Of a DNA stretch of 64,000 nucleotides, positions 8,508 to 18,016 are shown one piece after another (the first letter of the stretch is position 1; every line of letters starts with the position of its first letter). Source of the DNA: an uncultured Clostridia bacterium (lineage in GTDB: Bacteria > Bacillota > Clostridia > Oscillospirales > QAKW01). The stretch spans positions 1,656 through 65,655 of the forward strand of contig CANQVN010000001.1 in assembly GCA_947627315.1 (NCBI GenBank), in the 5' to 3' direction. Both the position numbers and the translations under genes were made by a program. The notes under the pieces are model-generated. The model did not search any database and had not been told where the DNA came from. It saw nothing but the letters and a program-made list of their open reading frames with translations.

Positions 8508-8666
8508 TTGGGAGCGAGGAGAAATGTTTTATATATATCATTTTTTGTTGGAGGTATGTTCGGCGTGGTCCTTATGTGCATATTTCAAATAAGCGGACAA
8601 AACTCCGATGCGGAAAGGCGGTATTTGCAAATGAAAAGAGAGGAGGAACCGAGCGATGCGGAATGA
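8508..8666 (+). CDS. Possible unannotated 52-aa single-TM peptide translationally coupled to virB4
   Basis: TTG start 9 nt after GGTGAGGAA. Hydrophobic core VLYISFFVGGMFGVVLMCIFQI. Its stop overlaps the virB4 start region. Not in the ORF track (non-ATG start, <60 aa). Confidence 0.25.
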   Translation: MGARRNVLYISFFVGGMFGVVLMCIFQISGQNSDAERRYLQMKREEEPSDAE

Positions 8667-11451
8667 GGAAAAATCGGACGGTTATTATATCCCGCCCAAT
8701 TTTATAGAGGGCGGCACGCTGTTCGGCGGAATGTTCAAACTGCGCAACGTAATGGAAGCGGGCGTTTTGACCGCACTGTTCGGTCTGCCCATCCTGACGC
8801 TGAATATATCCGTAACAATGCGTATTATTCTTTTGTGCCTTACGGCACTGCCGATTGGGCTATTCGCGCTGATCGGAATTGCGGGCGAAAGCCTTTCGTC
8901 GTTTCTATACGCGGTTTTGATTTTTATGAAAAACAAGCGGATCATAGCCAACGGCGAAAAAGAAAAGCGGTTTGCAAAGCGAAAACACCGTGAGCGAGAG
9001 TCGGCGTATCTCAACCCCTGCGCGCAGTACATCCCCGTTGAAAAAATAGAAAACGGCATTATTTATACCAAAGACCGCAGGTATCTGAAAATAATCGAAG
9101 TGATGCCCGTCAACTTTTTGCTCAGAAGCGCAAGAGAGCAGCGCAGCATAATTTATTCCTTTATTTCTTATCTGAAAATAAGCCCGGTCAAAGTTCAGTT
9201 TAAGGTGTTGACAAAGCAGGCAGACATCAACAAACACGTCGAAATCGTACATAACGAGATGGAACGCGAAACAAACCCATACTGCCGCGCGTTGCAGCAA
9301 GACTATCTGCAACTGATAAACCGCCTCGGTTCACGCGAGGCGACAACGCGCAGGTTCTTTATCTCCTTTGAATACGAGCATGCCGGGCGGCGCGGCGCGG
9401 ATGAGCAGGCGGACGCCGTGTCCTCGCTTCAGATCGCCGCAAGAACAGCCGCAAACTATTTGAAGCAGTGCGGAAACGAAGTGCTGATACCGGAAAATGA
9501 AGACGAGTTTACGGCAGACGTTCTGTATACTATACTTTGCCGCAGCACCTGCACCGCAGAGCCGCTTTCCGCGCGTGTTCAGAAAGTCGTTTCAAAATAT
9601 CGGGCTGCCGGGAAGGATGTGGACGCCATTCCCTGCTCGGAGTTTATCGCGCCGGAGCGCATTGACTTTACGCACGCAAAATATGTATGTGTGGACGGTC
9701 TTTATCATTCGTATCTGCTGATACCTTCATTCGGATACAAAACAAAAGTGAGCGCGGGATGGCTGAGTTTACTTGTCAACGCGGGCGATGGGATCGATAT
9801 TGATTTGTTTTTATCCCGCCAGCCGAAAGAACGCATCATACAAAAACTCGGTCAGCAGCTGCGGATCAACCGCTCCAAAATCAGAGAAGCAAGCGACACC
9901 AACACCGACTTTGACGATTTGGACGGTGCTATACGAAGCGGCTATTTTCTAAAAGAAGGCTTGGCAAATAACGAAGATTTTTATTACATGAATATCTTAA
10001 TCACCATAACGGCCGAGACGGTGGAGGATCTGGAATGGCGGGAGCGCGAACTGCGAAAACTGCTTATTTCGCACGATATGAATATGTCCGCCTGTTCCTT
10101 TCGCGAGGAGCAGGCTTTTTTATCGGCGCTTCCGCTTGTGAACCTTGAAAAGCATTTGTTTGTACGCTCAAAGCGAAATGTTCTTACTTCGGGGGCGGCA
10201 AGCTGTTATCTCTTTACCGCTTATGAACTCAGCGACGATAACGGCATATTGCTCGGCGTCAACAATTTCAACAACTCGCTTGTCATCGTCGATATTTTCA
10301 ATTCGATGGTCTATAAAAACGCAAATATGGCTATTCTCGGCACCTCCGGCGCAGGCAAGACGTTCACCATGCAGCTTATGGCGCTGCGAATGCGCCGAAA
10401 AGGAATACAGGTGTTTATCATCGCGCCGCTCAAAGGGCATGAGTTTCACCGCGCCTGCCGCAATATCGGCGGTGAGTTTATACAAATTTCACCCGCCTCC
10501 AAAAGTTGCATCAATGTGATGGAAATACGCAAAACAGACAAGACCGTTGATGAATTGTTGGACGGAGGAAGCCCGGAGAAAAGCGAGCTTGCGGCTAAAA
10601 TACAGCGGCTGCACATTTTCTTTTCGCTGCTGATACCGGATATGTCTCACGAGGAACGGCAGTTGTTGGATGAGGCGCTTATCGTGACCTACAATCTCAA
10701 AGGCATCACGCACGACAACGCCTCTCTCAAAAATCCGAAGCACCCGGATCGATATAGAGAAATGCCCGTTCTCGGCGATCTGCACGACGTGCTGCAAAAG
10801 TCGCAGGACACAAAACGCCTGGCAAATATCCTCAACAGGCTCGTAAACGGATCGGCAAGCACATTCAATCAGCAGACAAATGTGCGTCTGGACAATAAAT
10901 ACACCGTACTGGATATTTCGGAACTTTCGGGCGATCTGCTGCCGGTCGGGATGTTTGTTGCGCTCGACTATGTATGGGACAAAGCCAAGGAAAACCGCAC
11001 GATGGAAAAGACGATTTTCATAGACGAATGTTGGTCGCTTATCGGCGGAACCGGAAACCGAATGGCAGCCGAGTATGTGTTGGAAATCGCCAAAATCATT
11101 CGCGGCTACGGCGGTTCCGCCGTGTTTGCGACACAGGATCTGAACGATTTTTTCTCGCTGGACGACGGAAAGTACGGCAAAGGAATCATCAACAACTGCA
11201 AAACCAAAATCGTTTTGAATCTTGAGGACGAAGAAGCGGAGCGCGTACAGTTCATTCTCCACTTATCCGAAGCGGAAGTGATGGAGATCACGCACTTTGA
11301 GCGAGGAAACGGACTGATAAGTACAAACAACAATAATATCACGGTTGAATTTAAGTGCAGCGACCTGGAAAAAAGTCTGATCACGACCGACCGCAGAGAA
11401 CTTTCCGAGATGGTCGGCAAAAAATTGGAGGGACTAAACGGCTCGAATTGA
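8656..11451 (+). CDS. virB4: VirB4-family conjugative ATPase with N-terminal PrgI/VirB3-like TM segment
   Basis: 931 aa. Two N-terminal TM helices. Walker A GTSGAGKTF and Walker B TIFIDECWSL. Confidence 0.85.
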   Translation: MRNEEKSDGYYIPPNFIEGGTLFGGMFKLRNVMEAGVLTALFGLPILTLNISVTMRIILLCLTALPIGLFALIGIAGESLSSFLYAVLIFMKNKRIIANGEKEKRFAKRKHRERESAYLNPCAQYIPVEKIENGIIYTKDRRYLKIIEVMPVNFLLRSAREQRSIIYSFISYLKISPVKVQFKVLTKQADINKHVEIVHNEMERETNPYCRALQQDYLQLINRLGSREATTRRFFISFEYEHAGRRGADEQADAVSSLQIAARTAANYLKQCGNEVLIPENEDEFTADVLYTILCRSTCTAEPLSARVQKVVSKYRAAGKDVDAIPCSEFIAPERIDFTHAKYVCVDGLYHSYLLIPSFGYKTKVSAGWLSLLVNAGDGIDIDLFLSRQPKERIIQKLGQQLRINRSKIREASDTNTDFDDLDGAIRSGYFLKEGLANNEDFYYMNILITITAETVEDLEWRERELRKLLISHDMNMSACSFREEQAFLSALPLVNLEKHLFVRSKRNVLTSGAASCYLFTAYELSDDNGILLGVNNFNNSLVIVDIFNSMVYKNANMAILGTSGAGKTFTMQLMALRMRRKGIQVFIIAPLKGHEFHRACRNIGGEFIQISPASKSCINVMEIRKTDKTVDELLDGGSPEKSELAAKIQRLHIFFSLLIPDMSHEERQLLDEALIVTYNLKGITHDNASLKNPKHPDRYREMPVLGDLHDVLQKSQDTKRLANILNRLVNGSASTFNQQTNVRLDNKYTVLDISELSGDLLPVGMFVALDYVWDKAKENRTMEKTIFIDECWSLIGGTGNRMAAEYVLEIAKIIRGYGGSAVFATQDLNDFFSLDDGKYGKGIINNCKTKIVLNLEDEEAERVQFILHLSEAEVMEITHFERGNGLISTNNNNITVEFKCSDLEKSLITTDRRELSEMVGKKLEGLNGSN

Positions 11452-11477
11452 CGACGCTTAAATTATAGAAACCGTCA

Positions 11478-11513
11478 AAGCGTTCGGATTTGTTATTTGC
11501 CGAACGCTTTTTT
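11478..11513 (+). terminator. Rho-independent terminator after virB4
   Basis: AAGCGTTCGG / CCGAACGCTT stem followed by TTTTTT. Confidence 0.7.
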
Positions 11514-11534
11514 ATGTAATAGGAGGACAAATAC

Positions 11535-12059
11535 ATGAAAACACGGGAACAGTTTTATAACCGCGAAATGGAGGAAATACTGCGGGATATCACGTCGTAT
11601 CACTGCATCCTTCGATATCAGATCTATCGCCTGTATCCTTACAAAAAGCCGGACGTTATTGACGGTATGCTGGATCATCTTGTAAGACAGCGCCGTATCG
11701 TCTACGACAAGGCAAGGGATATGTATCTTGACAGTATCGGCTCGTCTTCGGATATCGGTACGCTGACGGCTCTTTGGGTGCTTGCGGAATTTGCGGACGA
11801 GGCCGAATATCATTCTCCTGCGGACTTTCCGATAAAACTGATGTTCTTTTCAAACGGCGAAACATACGAGGTCATATTTGTACCGAGCGGAAACGAGGGG
11901 CTGATCGAACAGGCGCTTGCCCTTTTCGAAAAGGAATGCGGCAGGCGCATCGTTATCGTCGAAGACGCGGCGCAAATACAAAGGCTGAATATAAAAAACG
12001 CCGCCGCATACTGCACGGTGTCGGGCACGGGCGAAATTAAGTATTACAAAAAGGAATAG
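11535..12059 (+). CDS. Hypothetical ICE protein
   Basis: 174-aa ORF with RBS AGGAGG. No family recognised. Confidence 0.5.
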   Translation: MKTREQFYNREMEEILRDITSYHCILRYQIYRLYPYKKPDVIDGMLDHLVRQRRIVYDKARDMYLDSIGSSSDIGTLTALWVLAEFADEAEYHSPADFPIKLMFFSNGETYEVIFVPSGNEGLIEQALALFEKECGRRIVIVEDAAQIQRLNIKNAAAYCTVSGTGEIKYYKKE

Positions 12060-12069
12060 GGGTGATTTT

Positions 12070-12732
12070 TTGAACAAACAACAACTTTTGAGCAAAATAC
12101 GGCAGGTAAGAAACGAGGTGTCACGGCTTGATTTTACGGTTGGCGCAATGAGCGACGCCGACTTTGAAAATCATCCGGATAACTATGCAAGCCTTTCTGA
12201 AGACGCCGCGCTTTTGAGCGAACAAATCGCCTGTAAACTGCGCCATCTCATCTATTCGACCACGAAAGTAAAAAAGGACGAATACCTGGTATCCGCCGCA
12301 TCGGTACAGGGCATACAAATACACAGCGAAAACGGAATACTGGAAATAACGCTGCCCTGCCTTTTGCCAAAGCGTAAGCAAAGGCGGAGCACGGAGTTTA
12401 TCACCGATCCGCTATATTTTGCACTCAGCCAATACGCGGACGGACACGCGCTTCCAAAGTACAGGCAGTGCGTTGTTTGCTTTTCGCACATTTACAGCCG
12501 TGATCTTTTCGGAATACGGGCGCGCGACTACGACAACCTGGAACTGAAAGCGTTGCTCGATGTTATAGCTTCGTTTCTGATGGAGGATGACGGCGGACTG
12601 CTGTGCGATGCGTACAACACGACCGAACTCGGTCAATATGACTGTACGCGCATATCGGTCATGGACAAAAACCGCTTTTATGACTGGATAAAAGAGCGGG
12701 AAACCCGTTTGAAATCCATATCCGATTTTTGA
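12070..12732 (+). CDS. Hypothetical ICE protein
   Basis: 220-aa ORF with a TTG start. No family recognised. Confidence 0.45.
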   Translation: MNKQQLLSKIRQVRNEVSRLDFTVGAMSDADFENHPDNYASLSEDAALLSEQIACKLRHLIYSTTKVKKDEYLVSAASVQGIQIHSENGILEITLPCLLPKRKQRRSTEFITDPLYFALSQYADGHALPKYRQCVVCFSHIYSRDLFGIRARDYDNLELKALLDVIASFLMEDDGGLLCDAYNTTELGQYDCTRISVMDKNRFYDWIKERETRLKSISDF

Positions 12733-12861
12733 CCGTTTTTTGTGATTTTTAAGGGACGGTCGCAAACGGTCCGCAAAGCCGAGAACAACGGGGCTTGAGG
12801 CGTTTAAGAATCGTTTGATTTTACCGGGGTTAATTGCCGTCGGGTATTTTTTGAGAGAGGA

Positions 12862-13989
12862 GTGATCGATATCCGGTCAAATCATTTGTCGGTCAAAGAG
12901 ACCGCCGCCCATCGGATCTTATCCCTTGTCGCCGTTGTCGGCGAACTGCCCGTAAACCAACTTATCCGTTTGTCGGGCGGAAAGGCATATAAGGAAAACA
13001 TCATCAAAAGCCTAAAAGCCAAAGGCTTGCTGCGCACGCATTATGCGGACGGTGCACGCGGCTATCGTTTGACCGCACGCGCCAAAAAGATGCTGCTTGA
13101 ACAAAACCCGAAACGGTTTAGCTCCGTGCTTTCGGGAGCCGTTGAAACCAATCATATCAAGAGTGAGATCGCAAGACGCGTAAGACTTCACCGTATTGCC
13201 GAAACGATCGTTACGATGCAAAACGCGGGCGTTTCGTTTTATGCGGACGATAAGGCGGACATTTTTTCGCGCTCGGGTTTGGCGTGCGAGCGGATCGTGA
13301 CCCCGTCATTTTACAATTCCCGCGAGATCAAAGCGATGGGCACGGCGGCGGTGAAAATTCACGGCGCAAGGTCGGTCGGCGTTCTGCTGACCGATACCGG
13401 CGTATATGTAACATACAACCTCGGCGGCTCGCTGATGAAATGGAGTTATAAAGCGGAAATGAGAACCAAAGCACTTATGCAGACAATGCTCTGCCTGGAA
13501 CGACTGCCCGAAATGTATTCGTCCGACGATATTCACGGACTGCTGTTTGGCAGCGATATGAGTTTGGCGGCAGAGATATTAGCCTGTAAGTCCGAAAATC
13601 AGTATATGCTTATTGACGGCAGTTACGATCACTTTCACTACCTCACAAACGACCGAAAGGGCGAACGGATTTTAAGACTGCTGTGCAGCGGTGATCTTAA
13701 AACACGGCTGGACGGTATTCTGCTCGATGATCTGTACGAGTCGGGCGGAAGTCTTACCGTGGAAAACGACGCCGTCGATAAACAGGGTGCGCCCGTTTTG
13801 CTTGCGTATACCTGCGATCTTCCGCGTATAAAGCGGTTTGATACCGCGCTGAGCCTTCAAAACAAAAGCGGGACGATCATATGTTTTGACTTCCAAAAGG
13901 AGACGCTGCGCCGTGTCTGCGGAGAGAACGTCCGCTTTCAGACGATAGATTTTGAAAAATGGGAGAGGAGTTTTTTTGAACCGTCGTAA
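12862..13989 (+). CDS. Winged-helix protein, possibly replication-relaxation family (candidate relaxosome or relaxase component); start uncertain
   Basis: N-terminal wHTH-like ILSLVAVVGELPVNQLIRLSGG...LKAKGLL. Positioned immediately upstream of and overlapping virD4. No HUH/relaxase motifs seen. Confidence 0.3.
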   Translation: MIDIRSNHLSVKETAAHRILSLVAVVGELPVNQLIRLSGGKAYKENIIKSLKAKGLLRTHYADGARGYRLTARAKKMLLEQNPKRFSSVLSGAVETNHIKSEIARRVRLHRIAETIVTMQNAGVSFYADDKADIFSRSGLACERIVTPSFYNSREIKAMGTAAVKIHGARSVGVLLTDTGVYVTYNLGGSLMKWSYKAEMRTKALMQTMLCLERLPEMYSSDDIHGLLFGSDMSLAAEILACKSENQYMLIDGSYDHFHYLTNDRKGERILRLLCSGDLKTRLDGILLDDLYESGGSLTVENDAVDKQGAPVLLAYTCDLPRIKRFDTALSLQNKSGTIICFDFQKETLRRVCGENVRFQTIDFEKWERSFFEPS

Positions 13990-15847
13990 AAAAATCATCA
14001 ATATTCTGATCTTTACGCCGTTGCTGCTTGCCTCCCTGCTGTACGGCGGCGGGTATATCGCCCAATTCATGCGCAACTTCAGCCGTTGGCAAAAGGCGGG
14101 CGGAACGCCCGGCGACGGCTCGTCGCCCGTTATGCCCTCTTTTGCTCCCGCAAGGTGCTTTGAGGCGATCTTTTCTTTTCCCTACGGAATCGTGGGGATT
14201 TTGATTTGTGCGGGCGTGCTAATTTTGCTTATCGTGATGGTCATGCGTATGGGCTACGGCGATACGGGAGAATACGATAAAGAACGAAACTTTATCTATT
14301 CGAGCAAAGGCACTTACGGCACATCCGGGTTTATGAGTCCAAAAGAGGCAAGCGAAATTTTTGATCTGACAAGCGATATCAAAAGACATACCGGTACAAT
14401 TTTCGGACTGTTGGACGGAAAATATGTGTGTATGCCAAAGAAAAGCCTGTTCAACCGAAATGTTGCGGTATACGGAGCGAGCGGATCGATGAAAACAAGG
14501 GCGTACTGCATCAACCGCATCTTACAGTCTGCGGCGCAGGGAGAGTCGCTTATTATGTGCGATCCGAAGTCCGAACTGTATGAAACCACAGGCGAATATT
14601 TGAGAAAGCGGGGCTACACCGTCAGAGTTTTTAACCTTGTATCTCCGGAAAGCTCCGATTCGTGGAACTGCCTGGAGGAAATCGAGGGCGACGAACTGAT
14701 GGCGCAGCTGTTTTGCGACGTCGTTATCAAAAATACAGGGAGCGAGCGCGGGGATCATTTTTGGGACGCGGCGGAGATGAATTTGCTCAAAGCACTCGTT
14801 TTATATGTGGAGCACGGCTACACCCCGAAGCGCAGAAACATCGGCGAGGTGTATAAACTTTTGACGCTTAAAAGCGAAAAAGAGTTGAACGATCTTTTTG
14901 AATTGCTCCCGCCCGGTCATCCCGCGCGTGCGCCATACGCTATTTTCCGCCAGTCGTCCGAAACCGTTCGCAGCGGCGTTATCGTCGGACTTGGTTCGCG
15001 TATACAGGTGTTTCAAAACGAGAAGATCAGAAACATAACCGCCTACGACGAGATCGATTTGGAACTGCCCGGAAAACAGCCCTGCGCCTATTACTGCATT
15101 ACAAGCGACCAGGACAGCACCTTTGATTTTTTATCCTCGCTGTTTCTTTCGTTTGTATTTATAAAGCTCGTGCGGTACGCGGATAAAAACTGTGAGGGCG
15201 GCAGGCTGCCCGTTCCCGTTCACATACTGGCGGAAGAACTTACCGCCTGCGGCGTGGTGCCTGATTTGAGCAGAAAAATATCGGTCATACGCTCCAGGCG
15301 CATCAGTATGTCGGTCGTGTTTCAAAACCTTGCGGGGCTGCAAAACCGCTATCCGTATAACCAGTGGCAGGAAATACTCGGCAACTGCGATATCCAACTG
15401 TTTTTGGGGTGCGCCGACGAGCTCACCGCGCAGTATATCAGCGACCGTTCCGGCGAGGTGAGCGTGCATGTGTCCAGTAAGGCAAAGCAACTCGGAACAT
15501 GGCGCATTTCCAACTATACGCCGGAATACCGCGAAACGAGCGGCGTCGGAAAACGAAAACTTCTGACAATGGATGAGGTCCTGCGGCTTCCCATAACAAC
15601 GGCGCTTATCATCATAAGAGGCAGGAAAATTTTACAGGTGGATAAATGCGATTACACAAATCATCTGGAGAGCAAGAAACTCATTTTATCCAAAGCCTCG
15701 GCGCACGTTCCGGAATGGTCAAAACTGAAAGAAAAGGAGATGACAAACAATGCAAAAGCATCTGCCGGGAAGGCGGGCGGTAAAAGCGCGCACGCGACGC
15801 CCACCGTAGTCAAAACGGATAAGAGCAGTATTTTAACAAGTGAATAA
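13976..15847 (+). CDS. virD4: VirD4/TraG-type type IV coupling protein
   Basis: TTG start after GGGAGAGGAG (the track start 13952 is also a TTG). Two N-terminal TM helices. Walker A VYGASGSMKT. TraG-like core ...CDPKSELY.... Confidence 0.8.
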   Translation: MNRRKKIINILIFTPLLLASLLYGGGYIAQFMRNFSRWQKAGGTPGDGSSPVMPSFAPARCFEAIFSFPYGIVGILICAGVLILLIVMVMRMGYGDTGEYDKERNFIYSSKGTYGTSGFMSPKEASEIFDLTSDIKRHTGTIFGLLDGKYVCMPKKSLFNRNVAVYGASGSMKTRAYCINRILQSAAQGESLIMCDPKSELYETTGEYLRKRGYTVRVFNLVSPESSDSWNCLEEIEGDELMAQLFCDVVIKNTGSERGDHFWDAAEMNLLKALVLYVEHGYTPKRRNIGEVYKLLTLKSEKELNDLFELLPPGHPARAPYAIFRQSSETVRSGVIVGLGSRIQVFQNEKIRNITAYDEIDLELPGKQPCAYYCITSDQDSTFDFLSSLFLSFVFIKLVRYADKNCEGGRLPVPVHILAEELTACGVVPDLSRKISVIRSRRISMSVVFQNLAGLQNRYPYNQWQEILGNCDIQLFLGCADELTAQYISDRSGEVSVHVSSKAKQLGTWRISNYTPEYRETSGVGKRKLLTMDEVLRLPITTALIIIRGRKILQVDKCDYTNHLESKKLILSKASAHVPEWSKLKEKEMTNNAKASAGKAGGKSAHATPTVVKTDKSSILTSE

Positions 15848-15863
15848 AAGGAGGATTTTTATT

Positions 15864-17054
15864 ATGCCGACAAAAAAGAGCGTTACTCCCGAAACGGAAA
15901 ATTCGGAACAACCGATCATTTCGGATGCGGCGGAGACGGAGGCCGACCCGGAGGAAAAAGAACAGGATGTCAAAGAAACCGAGGAAGAGAAATCTGCCGA
16001 AGGGGGCGATGCGTCCAAGCCGAAGCGGGTACGAAAGAAAAAAGAAGAAGCCGTCCCGGAAAATCAACAGCAATCGGACGGACTTTTGCTGCCGGAGGAG
16101 CCGGAACAGGATCGCGATATCGAACAGCCTTTACCGCAAAAATCGCGTTCCGAGACTATTCTGACCGTAACGGCGCGCGACATGGTGGAAACGGAAGACA
16201 GCGAGGCGGATATGGCGTGGCACGAGATCCACACCGCTTACCGTACACGCCGTATTCTTACCGGAATTCTCGGCGGAATAGAGCAGACCGATACCGGAAA
16301 AACACTGGTCGTTGCGGATTATAAAGGATACAGAGTCGTTATCCCTCTCAAGGAAATGGTGATCAAACTTCCAAACGATCTTTCGGGTCAGGCGTACAGC
16401 GAGATGATGATCGGTCAGCATAAAAGGCTTACCAAAATGCTTGGCTCCGAGATTGACTTTATCGTGCGCGGCGTCGATTCAAAAGAGCGCACCGTTGTGG
16501 CCAGCAGGCGGGACGCCATGCTGAAAAAGAGGCAGATATTCTATATGACCGCCGACGAAAACGGCGACTATAAAATTTACGACGGGCGTATCGTGCAGGC
16601 GCGTGTCATTATGGTCATGGAAAAAGCGATCCGTGTGGAAGTGTTCGGCGTGGAGTGTACGATATCCGCGCGCGATCTTTCCTGGGACTGGATCGGAGAC
16701 GCGGCGGACCGCTTTTCGGTCGGAGACCGCATTTTGATCCGCATACATGACGTAAAGCGGGACGATATCGAAACGATCTCCGTTACCGCGGATGTGAAAA
16801 GCGTTTCCGAAAACCGCAAAAGCAAGCTGCCGCTGTGCAGAGTACAGGGCAAGTATGCGGGCAAGGTCACCGATATACATAAAGGCGTTGTTTTCATCCG
16901 ACTCAGTAACGGCGTCAACGCAATTGCCCATACGTGCCTTGACCGTCGAAAGCCCGGCAAAAAGGACGACGTCTGTTTTGCCGTAACGCACATAGATGAG
17001 GAGCAGGATGTGGCGGTCGGTATCATCACCCGCATTATAAAGCAGAATTTATGA
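15864..17054 (+). CDS. S1 RNA-binding-domain protein with a charged, disordered N-terminus
   Basis: ATG 9 nt after AAAGGAGG. S1-like repeats GRIVQARVIMVMEKAIRVEVFGVECTISARDLSW and GKYAGKVTDIHKGVVFIRLSNGVNAIAH. Confidence 0.55.
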   Translation: MPTKKSVTPETENSEQPIISDAAETEADPEEKEQDVKETEEEKSAEGGDASKPKRVRKKKEEAVPENQQQSDGLLLPEEPEQDRDIEQPLPQKSRSETILTVTARDMVETEDSEADMAWHEIHTAYRTRRILTGILGGIEQTDTGKTLVVADYKGYRVVIPLKEMVIKLPNDLSGQAYSEMMIGQHKRLTKMLGSEIDFIVRGVDSKERTVVASRRDAMLKKRQIFYMTADENGDYKIYDGRIVQARVIMVMEKAIRVEVFGVECTISARDLSWDWIGDAADRFSVGDRILIRIHDVKRDDIETISVTADVKSVSENRKSKLPLCRVQGKYAGKVTDIHKGVVFIRLSNGVNAIAHTCLDRRKPGKKDDVCFAVTHIDEEQDVAVGIITRIIKQNL

Positions 17055-17120
17055 TCTGTTGAAAAACTGCGCCGTCCGGTCGTATAAACTCGGTAAGACA
17101 AAAGCACAAGGAGGATAACC

Positions 17121-17933
17121 ATGAAAAAATCACTGATCGTCTTAACACTCATTATGCTGACGCTTACCGGGTGCGCCGGGAAAGAACCGCCCCAAGAGGC
17201 TTTGACCGAAAAGCCCGCTGAGCAACAATCGGACAACACGCCTGTTCAAGCGGAAAACGGACAGGCTTCGGCGGAAGAGCGCAAGCCCGAAAAGAACTAT
17301 GATCAGCCGGAGCTTGCCGAAAAAGACGCCGCGCCTATATCCGAGAATGCAAAGCAGACCGAACAAAATTCCGCTCCGCCCGCCCCATCCGCAAAGGGAC
17401 AGCGGCAGCCCACCGCACCAAACGAACAAAAAGAGCAACAAACACCTGCGACCGAGCCCGCCGCTCCTATTGAACCGGACACGGCGGAAATACCGAATGC
17501 AACGGCGGATGATGCGGACGCCGTCGCGGATAAATTGGCGGAGCTTATCAACGAATACCGTGCGGTGCCCGCAGAGCCGACGTCGGATTTGAACCGGTAC
17601 GCAAAATACCGCAGCAGGCAGATCGTTACAAACTATGCCCACGACACCGCCGACCAACGCGCGGCCGCCACGGCGCTTCAATACGGAGAATATATCGAAC
17701 AGTCGCTTTACGGTATGGACGGCGAACCTTACTATCAGGCAAATGTTCGGGAGGCAATCGGCAAAGCGGGTTATACCGGTACGGCGGATGAGATCGCAAA
17801 GCAGTTTTCCGACTTGATACGTAACTCCGCATCCCACTGGAATTATGTCGGAAGCGCAGACTACCGTCATATCGGGATCGGCATCACATACAGCGACGGG
17901 ATGTGGTACTGCGCCGTTGTGGTCGCGGAATAA
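17121..17933 (+). CDS. Lipoprotein with C-terminal CAP/SCP-like domain
   Basis: Lipobox LTLTGC. Pro/Glu/Gln-rich linker. C-terminal ...YAHDT...HWNYVGSADYRHIGIGI.... Confidence 0.55.
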   Translation: MKKSLIVLTLIMLTLTGCAGKEPPQEALTEKPAEQQSDNTPVQAENGQASAEERKPEKNYDQPELAEKDAAPISENAKQTEQNSAPPAPSAKGQRQPTAPNEQKEQQTPATEPAAPIEPDTAEIPNATADDADAVADKLAELINEYRAVPAEPTSDLNRYAKYRSRQIVTNYAHDTADQRAAATALQYGEYIEQSLYGMDGEPYYQANVREAIGKAGYTGTADEIAKQFSDLIRNSASHWNYVGSADYRHIGIGITYSDGMWYCAVVVAE

Positions 17934-18016
17934 AACCAAATCTATTTTTCTTAAAGGCTTCATTGCACTGCGATGGAGCTTTTTATTTTATCAAAATGAA
18001 AGGAAGATGCACAAAC

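Noticed and set aside
16577-17963. Minus-strand ORFs 16577-17239 and 17142-17963
   Set aside because: They are antisense to the S1-domain and CAP-lipoprotein genes and have no independent support.
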